Shown here piece after piece: positions 41,934 through 52,105 of a DNA stretch of 64,000 nt. The notes beneath the pieces were generated by a model. That model saw only the letters and a program-made list of their open reading frames with translations. It had not been told where the DNA came from and made no database searches. The DNA is from Wickerhamiella versatilis. Lineage: Eukaryota. A program made the translations under genes and the position numbers. The stretch spans positions 2,170,001-2,234,000 of the forward strand of contig JAQOWU010000007.1 of the NCBI GenBank assembly GCA_030867685.1, given 5' to 3'. The stretch's first letter is position 1. Each line of letters starts with the position of its first letter.

Positions 41934-42527
41934 CTAATCATTTGAGTTTAGCCACCTGTTAAAGCTTCGCATGGATATGTCATTTGGATGACGTTGGCAC
42001 AACTCTATCATCAACGGCTGAAACTCTGGGACACGGCCGACTTGACGAAGGTACGTCCAAGCGTAATAATTGTTAGGATGTAAGACTCCAGCACGAGATA
42101 CAACCCAAAATTCACGAATATTATCAATCAGGTGAGGAAAATTATGCAAAATCCATTCTCTATGAGACCAAAGACCTTCTGACTTCGGGTGTCGTCGAAG
42201 TGGTGATGCCTGCAAGGCATCGAGTAGGGAGAGCTCTTCTTTTGGGTCTAGTTCCCCACAAGCTAACATCTTTTTTCGGGCATTGAGGGCGGTGGTATGC
42301 TCTGTTGTAATAAGTAATGCAATGAAAGTAATATATTTGCGCTGTGCCAATGGTGCATCCCTGATATTCTGTGACGCGAGCTCAACCCACTCGCGTAACA
42401 ACAGTTCTTTTGCTACACCTATAACCATCTTGTCACCATCATAACCCACAATGAGCCCTTTATCGTCTAGAAGTGCATTGGGAACAATTTCAAAATGGTC
42501 AGGAATACTTGTGGGCCACTGAATCAT
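41934..42527 (-). CDS. Protein prenyltransferase alpha-subunit repeat protein (Ecm9/PTAR1-like)
   Basis: EHTTALNARKK, HPKSEGLWSHREWI, HPNNYYAWTY, HPNDIS. Confidence 0.75.
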   Translation of the reverse strand: MIQWPTSIPDHFEIVPNALLDDKGLIVGYDGDKMVIGVAKELLLREWVELASQNIRDAPLAQRKYITFIALLITTEHTTALNARKKMLACGELDPKEELSLLDALQASPLRRHPKSEGLWSHREWILHNFPHLIDNIREFWVVSRAGVLHPNNYYAWTYLRQVGRVPEFQPLMIELCQRHPNDISMRSFNRWLNSND

Positions 42528-42707
42528 AATAGTAGTCTCATATTAATTCAACTGACTCAGCAAAAAAGGTAGATTCTGGTATATATGTATATGAATGTAT
42601 ACAGATGGCCTGGTTCTCGTTGACGGAGGCGATTATGAAAGTACAGTACATATAATTAGGTTATTAATTTCTACTAAGTTTCTTCCAAGGCAGTAAAGCA
42701 AAATATC

Positions 42708-43277
42708 CTAATATACCCGCCATATCTGTATAAGCCGCTGATTCTCGTCTGACTTGGTTGGTACCTCTAGCTCCTGAGGAGTGGGTATCACTAAATTTCC
42801 AATAAAAAGATTTTTGTTCAACCAACTATACTTTCCGTCAGCTGCGATAAAGGTTGGGTTGGTTCGCATCTTGAAGTCTGTCTCATTAGTGGGATATTCT
42901 ATGCCTGCATTGTGGATAACAATTTGCTGTCCATCATCCGTGTCAAGGCGATATAGGGCATCAACGGCGTAAACCCCATCTGGCCTGTAGAGTGGCAGAT
43001 CTGCTCCACCTGGAACGACTGTAGCATGGAAATTAGGCCCGTCCGCGCGACCACCAGTGATAGGCCAGTACACATCTCTAATCCCATCCTTGCTCGCATT
43101 GACAGGACCTGGGACCACAGGATTAGAGCAGACAATTACCAAGTTCATGATATGCTCCATACGTGCCTCATCATATATAGTGGGCGACCATACGGAACTT
43201 GTACTGTTGAGGGATGAGGACTCCTGAGCAAGTACCAATGAAAGCACTGACGAAACTAGAAACCAAAACCACAGCAT
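42708..43277 (-). CDS. DUF3237 (UPF0311) family protein with predicted signal peptide
   Basis: PITGGRADGP, VVPGGAD, RPDG...DALYRLDTDDGQ.I.IHNAG, RTNPTF, KYSWLNK.LFIG; hydrophobic N-terminus MLWFWFLVSSVLSLVLA. Confidence 0.85.
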   Translation of the reverse strand: MLWFWFLVSSVLSLVLAQESSSLNSTSSVWSPTIYDEARMEHIMNLVIVCSNPVVPGPVNASKDGIRDVYWPITGGRADGPNFHATVVPGGADLPLYRPDGVYAVDALYRLDTDDGQQIVIHNAGIEYPTNETDFKMRTNPTFIAADGKYSWLNKNLFIGNLVIPTPQELEVPTKSDENQRLIQIWRVY

Positions 43278-43765
43278 CAACTGATGGACCAATCGAGCTT
43301 GAGCCTATATTCTTAAATTTATATAGATACCCTTATCATTATTAATTATAATAACGGGTCGATATCCTAGGATTCGGATCACTTTCCTCTTTAGGACAGA
43401 TCGACATTGTATTCTAACCACAAGCGCTGGTCAATGGTATTATAAGTCAATTGGCTATAGCAGGGTCAATGTAGTAAAAAAAAATTTATCACAAAAAAAA
43501 AGAAGACACACCGCTATATACAGAAAAATAGTATTTATGTCAAAAAAGAAAATGGTATTATAAATAATGCCGGTTCGCAGCGTCATTATGCGTACTTTCA
43601 GTATTCATGTGTGGCGTATCTAGATGGGGGACTAGATAAGGTTGTCAGGCACACCACAAGATAATTTTCTCAAAACTCATAAGAGGGTGTGTGGCAACAC
43701 CCAAATTTATTGGAAGGAAGGTATATAAGACCGCAATTGAGTGCAAATATAACTATCAATCAAAA

Positions 43766-44284
43766 ATGTTCTTTTCTACCCTCTCTTTTGCTCTCCTTTC
43801 CCTCGTTTCCGCTGAAACCCCTCAGGGTAACAGCCAAAACCATTACAATGACCTTACTGGTGCTCAGAATGGTATGATCAACCACCAGCAAGTTCAAGAT
43901 ACCCTTAACAACCAGCTCAGGGGTGGCGGTGATGTTCATGCTAATGCAGACAGAATGGCTGCCTATATAACCGGTGCCGACTCCCAGATCGACAACGCCA
44001 TCGCAACCTCATCCAAAGCACTTGCTCCTCTCACTGGAGGACTGAGCGAAGCAATTGGCAATGTTCTGCTTGGACCTTTCGTTCAGTCCGTTACCAACGG
44101 TGCGGAGGTCTTCCTGTCCAATATGGTTGGTGGAGCTGCCGACCGAATGGACGCTGAAATGGTTGGCCGCTTGACAGGTGATTACTCGCGTCTATCAGAG
44201 CTCTCCTCCAAGAGCAATGTTGACACCTCAAAGCTGCAGGACCTCAACAAGCAGATCCAGAACACTCTGCCTAAATCGAAATAA
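43766..44284 (+). CDS. Small secreted protein of unknown function (172 aa)
   Basis: AAAAATG start context, signal peptide MFFSTLSFALLSLVSA, TATATAA upstream, no cysteines. Confidence 0.75.
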   Translation: MFFSTLSFALLSLVSAETPQGNSQNHYNDLTGAQNGMINHQQVQDTLNNQLRGGGDVHANADRMAAYITGADSQIDNAIATSSKALAPLTGGLSEAIGNVLLGPFVQSVTNGAEVFLSNMVGGAADRMDAEMVGRLTGDYSRLSELSSKSNVDTSKLQDLNKQIQNTLPKSK

Positions 44285-44393
44285 GCACCCACCATGGGGT
44301 CAATTAGCCATTAGGTCCATTTTTCTAAACAACTAGTTAACTATCTTGAATGACTGTGCTTTTTTTTAATGCTGTAAATATCGTGGCAAAGAA

Positions 44394-47228
44394 CTACCGA
44401 CCTGCCTCCTTCTTAACATCTTGTTTCAAGCTTGCGGATTCACCAGGCGCGTGAGTTGTTGCACCAACTGGAACCACTGTTTCAACATTTGGGCGGGGCA
44501 GATTTGGCTCTGGTCCTATGGGAATATCTTCCAGTTCATCGCCTCGTCCAAGTAAATAGCGTAACACAACCTGCGCTCCTGACTTGGACAGGACAACGTT
44601 GCGTTCCGTACATAATGCTGATGCAACACAGGTAGAACAACCAAGCTCGCATGTGCACTTGGAAATGGTATCCTCGGAGCGAACGATAAGATCTTGCAGA
44701 TGCCCGAACATATCTGCAGTTATACCCAAACCATCAGTGCCACCAACGGTCTCATAGAGGATAAGGCGCGCAGGTCTGATACGGGATGTTTGCCGGCGAG
44801 CAAGTACTTCCTTTTCCGGCGCTTTGCATTCCGTTGCCATATCACCAGGTGCAGCACCAACCTTCATGAGTACGTGCTCCGCACCATGTATAGATCCTGC
44901 GATATGGTGATTTCGTAACTTCAATAGGTCTAAAAGTGCGCTGGGGAGATTGATCCATAACGACTGATGTCTGCTTATTACTGGAGGAATATTCACATCA
45001 ACCGCATCTATTATTCGGTTGAATTTGTCAAATTTGAAGTATCCGAATACGACGTTCGTGACTTGGGCAATTCCTAAAGCGCAGGCAGCTGCAGGGCCAA
45101 TTTGCCCCACCTGAGTGGTATCAATAGGATTGACATCGGTGTAATCTCGCTGACGAGTAGTCCACTTCACATGTGTTCGTTGCACGCGAGCAAATTCAAG
45201 ATCTGCATCAAGATGAACAACTAAGTATGGAATTCCTTGGTGAACGAATATAGCACCTTCATAGAGAGTAAAACCAACGCGCCTGAGCTCAATGGACTCG
45301 ATAACGTGGCCGTGCTCGTCTATCACAACAGTATAGGGTTCTTCAGCCTTACGAATAGAGATCCGAGGTCGGAAACCAGTGGCATGTAGCAGACCATTTT
45401 CTTCCGCTAATTGGCTCTTTCCACAGGAGGGGAAGAACTTCAAATCTTCTGCCGGATCCAGAGCTAGTTCATGGGCGGCACACTGCATGTGGAGCCTGAT
45501 GAGCGCATCATGCATAGTGATCTGTGTCTTCGGGTTGTCACATTCGAATATTTTTGCGGGATTCGAGATATAAGACTGATCCATTACCGATCCATCAGCA
45601 ACATATAGAACTACAGAATCACGGTTCCTGCGACCGACACGGCCTACTTGCTGGCGAAACTTAGCAACAGTGTAAGGAAATCCCACAAGCACAGCAGCAT
45701 CTAAGGAGCCTATATCAACCCCAACTTCAAGTGCCGAAGTTGCAACAATCCCGCGGAGCTCGTCACCAAACATTTGGCGCTCAATAGCTCTGCGATCTTT
45801 CGCCTGGTAGCCCCCTCTATAACTGCGAACAATTTCTTTGAGATCTGGTCGTTTATCATATAGTGCACGAGTTGTCATTTCACACTCTTTTCGGTATCTA
45901 GTGAACACAATCGTCCTCAAATTCGCATCTATAAGATCACCTATTGCAGGTACTGCTTCGCTTATGGGATGTAGTCTTCCCGATTGTGGATCCTCAGGAG
46001 TCATATATTCTGGTGTGCGGAATATATAATGCTTAGCTCCAGAGGGAGAACCATCATGATCTACCACATCAATAGATTCGGGGCTTAGGCCTGTGATGTC
46101 CATCAGCAGCTCTCGAGGTTCAGCAACAGTCGCACTGCAACCAATAAAAATGATTGAATCGTTGCCTATCTGCCAAGCAATGCGTCTGAGTCGCCGCATT
46201 ATCATAGCCATATGTGCACCAAAGACACCATCATATGTGTGAAGTTCATCAATAATCACAAAGCGCAGGTTAGAAAGAAAGCGCAGCCACTCACGCCAGC
46301 GTGGAAGCATTGTTGCATGCAAAATATCTGGATTGGCAAATAGAACACGCCCTCTGTCCATGATATCAATCCTCTCCTGCCAAGGCGTGTCACCATCGAA
46401 AGTGGATATCCACCCTTTTTTAGCAGCTTCTGGTGCCATTTCTGCGAACGCCCTACGTTGGTCTTGGCCAAGAGCTTTTGTGGGAAAAAGAAACAATGCA
46501 GTTTGGTTGGGATCAGTGTCTAACATCTCGCGAACAGCTAACTGATAAACCAACGACTTACCTGATGCTGTCGATGTTGTTATCACCACACTTTTTCCCG
46601 ATTCCAAAGATTCCCAAGCTTTGCACTGGTGGCTGTAGACGTGCGGATAATTATACTTCAATGCGAGGGGGGGTGCGATGCCATACTCTGCCTTTCGAGA
46701 AGGAATAGTTTTGAAGAAGTCAGCCCCATCTTGAAGTTTGTGGCATATCTCTTCTAGCGATATTGGGTTACTTGCGTTGCTGCTGTCGAAATTGTCCAGA
46801 GGGTCCTCACGCGGGAGATAGCGAAGTGCCAATTGTCCGAGGGGCGTTAATGATCCACGCCTCCGAAGGAATTGCTCCAATGCAGTCTCAAACCTCGAGA
46901 TACGTCTTTTAATAAGAGCTGGAATTTCAGACTTGCGTCGAGATTGTGCCTTCTTATCATTAAAATCGAACACCAGGATCTCATGAGGCGGTTGTCCAAA
47001 AACAACATCGATTGGCGTATCCTGATATTCAAGCACGACCTCATCAGGCAATAGATACTTAATTTTTGCAAGATCAAGCAGGGTAACTCCGTGGCCTAAC
47101 TGGCGGCTCACAGATTCTATTAACTTTTTAGCATCACATTGTGAGCCGTGCCTGGTTGTGAGAAAAGTAGCAATACAACACACTGCACGAAAAACCTTCC
47201 TTATATTAGAGTCGGCATCCGCCGCCAT
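44394..47228 (-). CDS. HRQ1: RecQ4-like helicase Hrq1
   Basis: YSHQ, TSTASGKSLVY, FPTKALGQDQ, DELHTY, SAT, SYRGGY, ATSALEVGVDIG, QQVGRVGRR, C-terminal Zn knuckle CTCELGCSTC. Confidence 0.95.
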   Translation of the reverse strand: MAADADSNIRKVFRAVCCIATFLTTRHGSQCDAKKLIESVSRQLGHGVTLLDLAKIKYLLPDEVVLEYQDTPIDVVFGQPPHEILVFDFNDKKAQSRRKSEIPALIKRRISRFETALEQFLRRRGSLTPLGQLALRYLPREDPLDNFDSSNASNPISLEEICHKLQDGADFFKTIPSRKAEYGIAPPLALKYNYPHVYSHQCKAWESLESGKSVVITTSTASGKSLVYQLAVREMLDTDPNQTALFLFPTKALGQDQRRAFAEMAPEAAKKGWISTFDGDTPWQERIDIMDRGRVLFANPDILHATMLPRWREWLRFLSNLRFVIIDELHTYDGVFGAHMAMIMRRLRRIAWQIGNDSIIFIGCSATVAEPRELLMDITGLSPESIDVVDHDGSPSGAKHYIFRTPEYMTPEDPQSGRLHPISEAVPAIGDLIDANLRTIVFTRYRKECEMTTRALYDKRPDLKEIVRSYRGGYQAKDRRAIERQMFGDELRGIVATSALEVGVDIGSLDAAVLVGFPYTVAKFRQQVGRVGRRNRDSVVLYVADGSVMDQSYISNPAKIFECDNPKTQITMHDALIRLHMQCAAHELALDPAEDLKFFPSCGKSQLAEENGLLHATGFRPRISIRKAEEPYTVVIDEHGHVIESIELRRVGFTLYEGAIFVHQGIPYLVVHLDADLEFARVQRTHVKWTTRQRDYTDVNPIDTTQVGQIGPAAACALGIAQVTNVVFGYFKFDKFNRIIDAVDVNIPPVISRHQSLWINLPSALLDLLKLRNHHIAGSIHGAEHVLMKVGAAPGDMATECKAPEKEVLARRQTSRIRPARLILYETVGGTDGLGITADMFGHLQDLIVRSEDTISKCTCELGCSTCVASALCTERNVVLSKSGAQVVLRYLLGRGDELEDIPIGPEPNLPRPNVETVVPVGATTHAPGESASLKQDVKKEAGR

Positions 47229-47285
47229 TGGGAATTGGATATTTCCGTGCGAACAACACCGCTCGCTGGAAAACCCTTACTAACA

Positions 47286-47564
47286 ATGGTATTTTTTGGT
47301 CGGAAGGCGACGCCTGAAGCTAGTCCAGCTGATAGCGCACGCCAACAAATTCAGCAACAAACAGATCAAGAACTTGCTGTAGCAGATGTGACAGAGTTGT
47401 TGAATAGCATGACTCGAAACTGCTATGAACAGTGCTTTCCTAACCCGGGCCCCGCTGTAACAGCATCAGAATCAACTTGCACAAGACAATGCGTTCAAAA
47501 ATATATGGCCGCTTGGAACTTGTTATCGCAGACGTATGTTCAGAGGCTCCAGCAGTCGTCATGA
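47286..47564 (+). CDS. TIM13: Small Tim chaperone Tim13
   Basis: QELAVA, twin CX3C (CYEQC, CTRQC), KYMAAWNLLSQTY. Confidence 0.88.
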   Translation: MVFFGRKATPEASPADSARQQIQQQTDQELAVADVTELLNSMTRNCYEQCFPNPGPAVTASESTCTRQCVQKYMAAWNLLSQTYVQRLQQSS

Positions 47565-47739
47565 TTCCTGTTGCCTCATCCCGGGACTCAGAGAGTCATG
47601 TTCCCACTATGTACATATTATGCTAGGTAAATATGAGCACTTTCGGAGTTTTAATACTTTTATTTTTCCATGTGTTCCAATATGTTTTTTAGATAAATAT
47701 CATATTCGATTTCCTTTTTAAAGTGCGAGAATCCATTCT

Positions 47740-48645
47740 TTAAGCACGATCCACATCCTCCCTGGTAGGGATAGAGGACATTGCTCCTGGTTTTGTGACA
47801 GCTAGCCCAGAAGCCTTGATTGCATATGCGATGGAATCGCTAAGAGTTTCATTCCCGCTAAGGGCTGCGACGAACGCACCCAGGAACGTATCTCCAGCCC
47901 CTGTTGTATCTACAGGAGACACCTTTCTGGCTCCTTGGTGTTTAGTTGATTCTTTCTTGTTGCCATAAACCGCTCCATTGGGCCCCAATGTGATAACAGC
48001 AGTACCAACACCGAGATCGAGCAATGCAGTCACAGCAGTTTTGGCCTGATCCACGTCATCCACACTCAATCCAGTGATTTTAGCTGCCTCACCTTCGTTG
48101 ACCACCAGATAATCCACATACTGCCACACTAAACGATCCACTTTAGGCAAAGGTGACGGATTCCAGACAGTAGCCTTACCACTCTCGTGGGCGAGACGAA
48201 GAGCGGCTAGTGTAGTCTCCAGTGGTATCTCATTCTGAAAGAGGACATAATGAGCACTTTCAAGGGTTTCTGAAGTAACTTGGTCGCTTGTTACCTTGGA
48301 GTTCGCACCAGGATATACGAGAATACGGTTTTCACCACTAGTCTCTACAATTATGGTTGCAATTCCCGTCCGCACATCACCAGTTCTCTGGATACAGGAT
48401 GTATCAACCCCTTCAGCACCTAAGCACCGAATCAAGTCCTCTCCAAAGTGGTCTTCACCCACACAGCCAATCATCTTGACCGGGATACCAGGTTTAGTTA
48501 GACGAGCACATGCAAACGCCTCATTGGCACCTTTGCCACCCCGATGCATTTCAAAGTTCTCTGCATGCAATGTTTCACCTCCATTTGGAACCTGCTGTAT
48601 TGTAGTTACCAGGTCATAATTAAGGCTTCCCACTACAGTGATCAT
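47740..48645 (-). CDS. RBK1: Ribokinase
   Basis: ITVVGSLNYDLV, GGKGAN, GENRI, QNEIP, NPSP, VNEGE, DTTGAGDTF. Confidence 0.96.
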   Translation of the reverse strand: MITVVGSLNYDLVTTIQQVPNGGETLHAENFEMHRGGKGANEAFACARLTKPGIPVKMIGCVGEDHFGEDLIRCLGAEGVDTSCIQRTGDVRTGIATIIVETSGENRILVYPGANSKVTSDQVTSETLESAHYVLFQNEIPLETTLAALRLAHESGKATVWNPSPLPKVDRLVWQYVDYLVVNEGEAAKITGLSVDDVDQAKTAVTALLDLGVGTAVITLGPNGAVYGNKKESTKHQGARKVSPVDTTGAGDTFLGAFVAALSGNETLSDSIAYAIKASGLAVTKPGAMSSIPTREDVDRA

Positions 48646-48660
48646 GTAAGAATCTCAGCA

Positions 48661-49536
48661 ATGGCGGGTTCCATTGCTGATATACTACCGCCGCCAAAAG
48701 GGGTTAGAGCCACAGGTAATGCACTTGTAACCCTACCGAAGCGTGATGTAGCAGATAGAGGTGAAACCAGGACCCGCAGAGCCCTTCTTAAGCGCCCCCC
48801 TCCTAGTGTCGTCGAGGAAACTCGGCAGCAAACCCAGGCGATTGTGGATCGTATTCTGGCCGGACCAGAAGCACCTCCACAAGATATTCAGACACACTTA
48901 GTTGCGGAAAAGGAATTGATCATAGTTCCACAGAAGCAAGATCCACTTGAGCCACCGCGGCATCGTCACGTCAAATCAGAGAAAACGACTGATGCGTATC
49001 ATGCTCCAGTAATGCGTCCTGAGCCGATGCCTTTGACCAAGCAGCAGCTAGAAGAGTGGAGTGTCCCTCCAAGCATTTCGAATTGGAAAAATCCCAAGAG
49101 CCGTGTCGCTAGCCTGGATCAACGCATACGTCAGCCCCATCCAAATGGGCAGGTAGTATCTGATCGTCAGTCTAAACTTGCAGCGGCATTGCATTCTGCT
49201 GAGTCCACTCGGCACGAAGAGATTCAGATTCGTGCGGCCGAGCAGGATCAGCGCCGACAGAACAAGTTAGAAGAGTTAGCCGCCCGGGCCCGGACCAAGG
49301 CACACCACCGGCCAGGTCAAAAGCGTGAGCGCGATTGGGCAGAACGCAGTGCCCTCGGTGAACTACCCGCAGCAAAGAAGGAGGTTCAATTTGATTCACG
49401 TCTCTTCAACAGACGGCCACATAATGAGTCTATCTTGGCACCAGCGCAGGCTGCCCGGGAACTCTATCGCCCAAAGAACCAGAATTCAGAAGGTGCACGC
49501 CTCGGCCCAGTGGAGTTCGAAGAAGAAACTGTCTAG
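48661..49536 (+). CDS. PRP45: Splicing factor Prp45/SKIP (SNW domain), short form
   Basis: ILPPPK N-terminus, QDPLEPPR, W.VPPSISNWKNPK, LDQR, ALG, FDSRLF, GPVEFE. Confidence 0.9.
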   Translation: MAGSIADILPPPKGVRATGNALVTLPKRDVADRGETRTRRALLKRPPPSVVEETRQQTQAIVDRILAGPEAPPQDIQTHLVAEKELIIVPQKQDPLEPPRHRHVKSEKTTDAYHAPVMRPEPMPLTKQQLEEWSVPPSISNWKNPKSRVASLDQRIRQPHPNGQVVSDRQSKLAAALHSAESTRHEEIQIRAAEQDQRRQNKLEELAARARTKAHHRPGQKRERDWAERSALGELPAAKKEVQFDSRLFNRRPHNESILAPAQAARELYRPKNQNSEGARLGPVEFEEETV

Positions 49537-49646
49537 TGTTCTAGCGGATGTTAGATAGTGCCTTTTATATTTATTAGCGTAGTATATTGTATTATTATAT
49601 TATCCCATGTCTAGCAGAGCATATGTATGTACATCCTGCCCAGCTG

Positions 49647-50066
49647 CTAAATGACCGAGGTTTTCTCAGTCATTGCATGAACAAATTCTCGATTATTATC
49701 GATTGCCGCTTGTTCGCTCTTCTTGATTGCCCCAGAGACCCGTAATACGCGGATGATCACCGGTTTACCCTCCAAAGCACTGATATACGCCAATGCCCCT
49801 TGAACTATCCTTGCATGCTCCCTACTCACCCTTAAAATCCCTGTTTGTGTTTTTGGGCTATAATACCTTAATGAAAGCGTTGACTGAACCTGTCCAAGCC
49901 CCAACTCACCAAAATTCACAAGAATCGAAGTGCGGATCTCCCGGAACAGATTTCGAGAGCTCAGGCCAGTATCTGGGTTTCTCAGGGAGATGCTAGAGCT
50001 GCTAAGGTCGGGATTACTGGGATATATGACTTCAAAGAGAATATATCGCGTTTTCAGCCGGACCAT
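49647..50066 (-). CDS. POP5: RNase P/MRP subunit Pop5
   Basis: MVRLKTRYILFEV start at 50066, NFGELG, YYSPKTQTGILR, VSGAIKKSE. Confidence 0.92.
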   Translation of the reverse strand: MVRLKTRYILFEVIYPSNPDLSSSSISLRNPDTGLSSRNLFREIRTSILVNFGELGLGQVQSTLSLRYYSPKTQTGILRVSREHARIVQGALAYISALEGKPVIIRVLRVSGAIKKSEQAAIDNNREFVHAMTEKTSVI

Positions 50067-50223
50067 TACCACCAGTGGTCTCCCCGCTGACGAAGCCAAG
50101 CTGCGAGCGAGCGGCGAAATGATTGTAAGGTGCAACAACCGCTGGCCACGAATACACCACCAAATGTAATAATAATAATAGGGAAGACAGAAATACACAT
50201 AAGCCATAAACTACATACAACAT

Positions 50224-51447
50224 TTAGAAATCCTCATCAAGGGCAAACGAATCATCTTTGTCAGTCGTTTTAGACATTACATTAGCCTTCTGATAATCAG
50301 AGACCCGTTTCTCGAAGAAGTTTGTCTTTCCAGCGAGAGAAATATTTTCCATGAAGTCGAAAGGGTTCGTTACCTTGTACACCTTCTCGTTACCGAGGGC
50401 CACGAGCAAACGATCAGCAACGAATTGAATATACTGATCCATGAGCTTAGCATTCATACCAAGCAACGAAACAGGAAGCGCATCAGCCCAGAAGTCGAGC
50501 TCAATGTCGACAGCCTCAGTTATAATGCGCTCGACAATCCTCTTCGAGGGACGGTTAGTGAGATGGCCGAACAAGACGCATGCAAAATCAGTGTGCATAC
50601 CCTCATCTCGTGAGATGAGCTCATTAGAGAACGTCAGCCCAGGCATGAGACCACGTTTCTTGAGCCAGAAAATGGATGCGAAGGACCCACTGAAAAAGAC
50701 TCCCTCAATGGCCGCAAAAGCGACAAGACGCTCAGCAAAAGTAACGTCTCTGTCGTTGATCCAGCGAAGAGCCCAGTCGGCCTTCTTGCGGATGGGCCCA
50801 ATGTTATCGATTGCATTAAACAAATAATTAGCTTCTTTGGGATCCTTAATATAGGTATCAATTAGTAGTGAGTACGTCTCAGAATGGATATTCTCAATCA
50901 TTATCTGGAAGCCATAAAAGCACTTAGCCTCGGGGATCTGGACGTCGTCACTGAAATTTTGTACCAAGTTTTCGTTGACGATACCGTCGGATGCCGCGAA
51001 AAAGGCAAGCACACGGGAAATGAAATAACGTTCATCAGCATTCATACGATGTTCCCAGTCGTGAAGGTCCTTGCCCAGGTCGATCTCCTCGGCGGTCCAA
51101 AAACTCGCCTCTGCCTTTTTGTAGTGCTGCCAGATCTCGTGGTACTTGATCGGGAACATCACAAACCTATGTGGGTTCTCCTTAAGGATAGGCTCCTCCT
51201 TTTGCAGTTCCAAAATACGACTGCGCTCTTTTCTGTGCTCCTCGTCGATAGCATGGGTCTGGCCTTTACCAAAGGAGTCCTCTTGGTCTTCTTTGTTTTC
51301 TGAACTTTTTGCCTCACTAGCACTAGCTTCCTTGATAGCCTCACGTGCCTGGAGTTCTGCACGAAGGTCCTCAACCTCGACCTTGTTAAGGTCAAGTTTT
51401 GAGACTGAGGCCGCAGCCTTCTTAGATGGCGTTTGCTCAACGGACAT
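50224..51447 (-). CDS. RNR2: Ribonucleotide reductase small subunit
   Basis: [59 protein letters not shown]-terminal DEDF. Confidence 0.98.
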   Translation of the reverse strand: MSVEQTPSKKAAASVSKLDLNKVEVEDLRAELQAREAIKEASASEAKSSENKEDQEDSFGKGQTHAIDEEHRKERSRILELQKEEPILKENPHRFVMFPIKYHEIWQHYKKAEASFWTAEEIDLGKDLHDWEHRMNADERYFISRVLAFFAASDGIVNENLVQNFSDDVQIPEAKCFYGFQIMIENIHSETYSLLIDTYIKDPKEANYLFNAIDNIGPIRKKADWALRWINDRDVTFAERLVAFAAIEGVFFSGSFASIFWLKKRGLMPGLTFSNELISRDEGMHTDFACVLFGHLTNRPSKRIVERIITEAVDIELDFWADALPVSLLGMNAKLMDQYIQFVADRLLVALGNEKVYKVTNPFDFMENISLAGKTNFFEKRVSDYQKANVMSKTTDKDDSFALDEDF

Positions 51448-51518
51448 TAACGTGGAGCTAAGGTAGGGCTGGTACGATATAAGTAGGGCGATGTGCCTCT
51501 TTATATGTAATAATGTAG

Positions 51519-51910
51519 ACGCGTCTTTCTCGTAATTAGGAGGGCTAGGGGAGTTTATTAGGAGTAGTCGTGAGTGCCTTTAGAAAGGGATAAAGCGCGT
51601 AGGAAAATCATGCTCACGGGTTAATATGAATCAACTACAGTAGCACTTCTAGTTTAGTTTAGATCTAAGGTCTGTTTAGCCTGGTCACTAGATTGCGCGC
51701 ATATCGTAGTAAATAATAGGCCTAGGGTTACAACCGCTGGAGACAATCGGGTTGCAAAAAAACGCCATATACCCATGATATCCCAATTAATCGAAATAAA
51801 AAGATTTATCAAACGACTTTTGATCCAGTAAACAGGAAAATAAGGTCAATGTGTCTCAGCAACCCGGACATTCTCGAGGCCACCTTGCGGCAGCTGCTTA
51901 CGCGTCGCGT
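51519..51910. promoter_or_regulatory. MCB (ACGCGT) cell-cycle elements upstream of RNR2
   Basis: ACGCGT at 51519, GCGCGT at 51595, ACGCGTCGCGT at 51900-51910. Confidence 0.7.
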
Positions 51911-52105
51911 TACGAACGTGTCCCAAACGCAAAACAAGTTAGTAAAAATTACGGGAAATGTGCACATGACATGGCTTTAAACGAGAACTAATATTAGAAT
52001 TACCGCAGGGTTTGCTAGTATTTGACTGAATGCTATAAAATAATAAAAAGAAAGAATATAATATCCCCAATTGAAGCTAAGATCCGAAATTCACCTTTAT
52101 GGACA

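Noticed and set aside
47278-47290. TACTAAC just before the TIM13 ATG
   Set aside because: No 5' splice site or room for an intron in the 57-bp spacer, and the ORF is complete unspliced.
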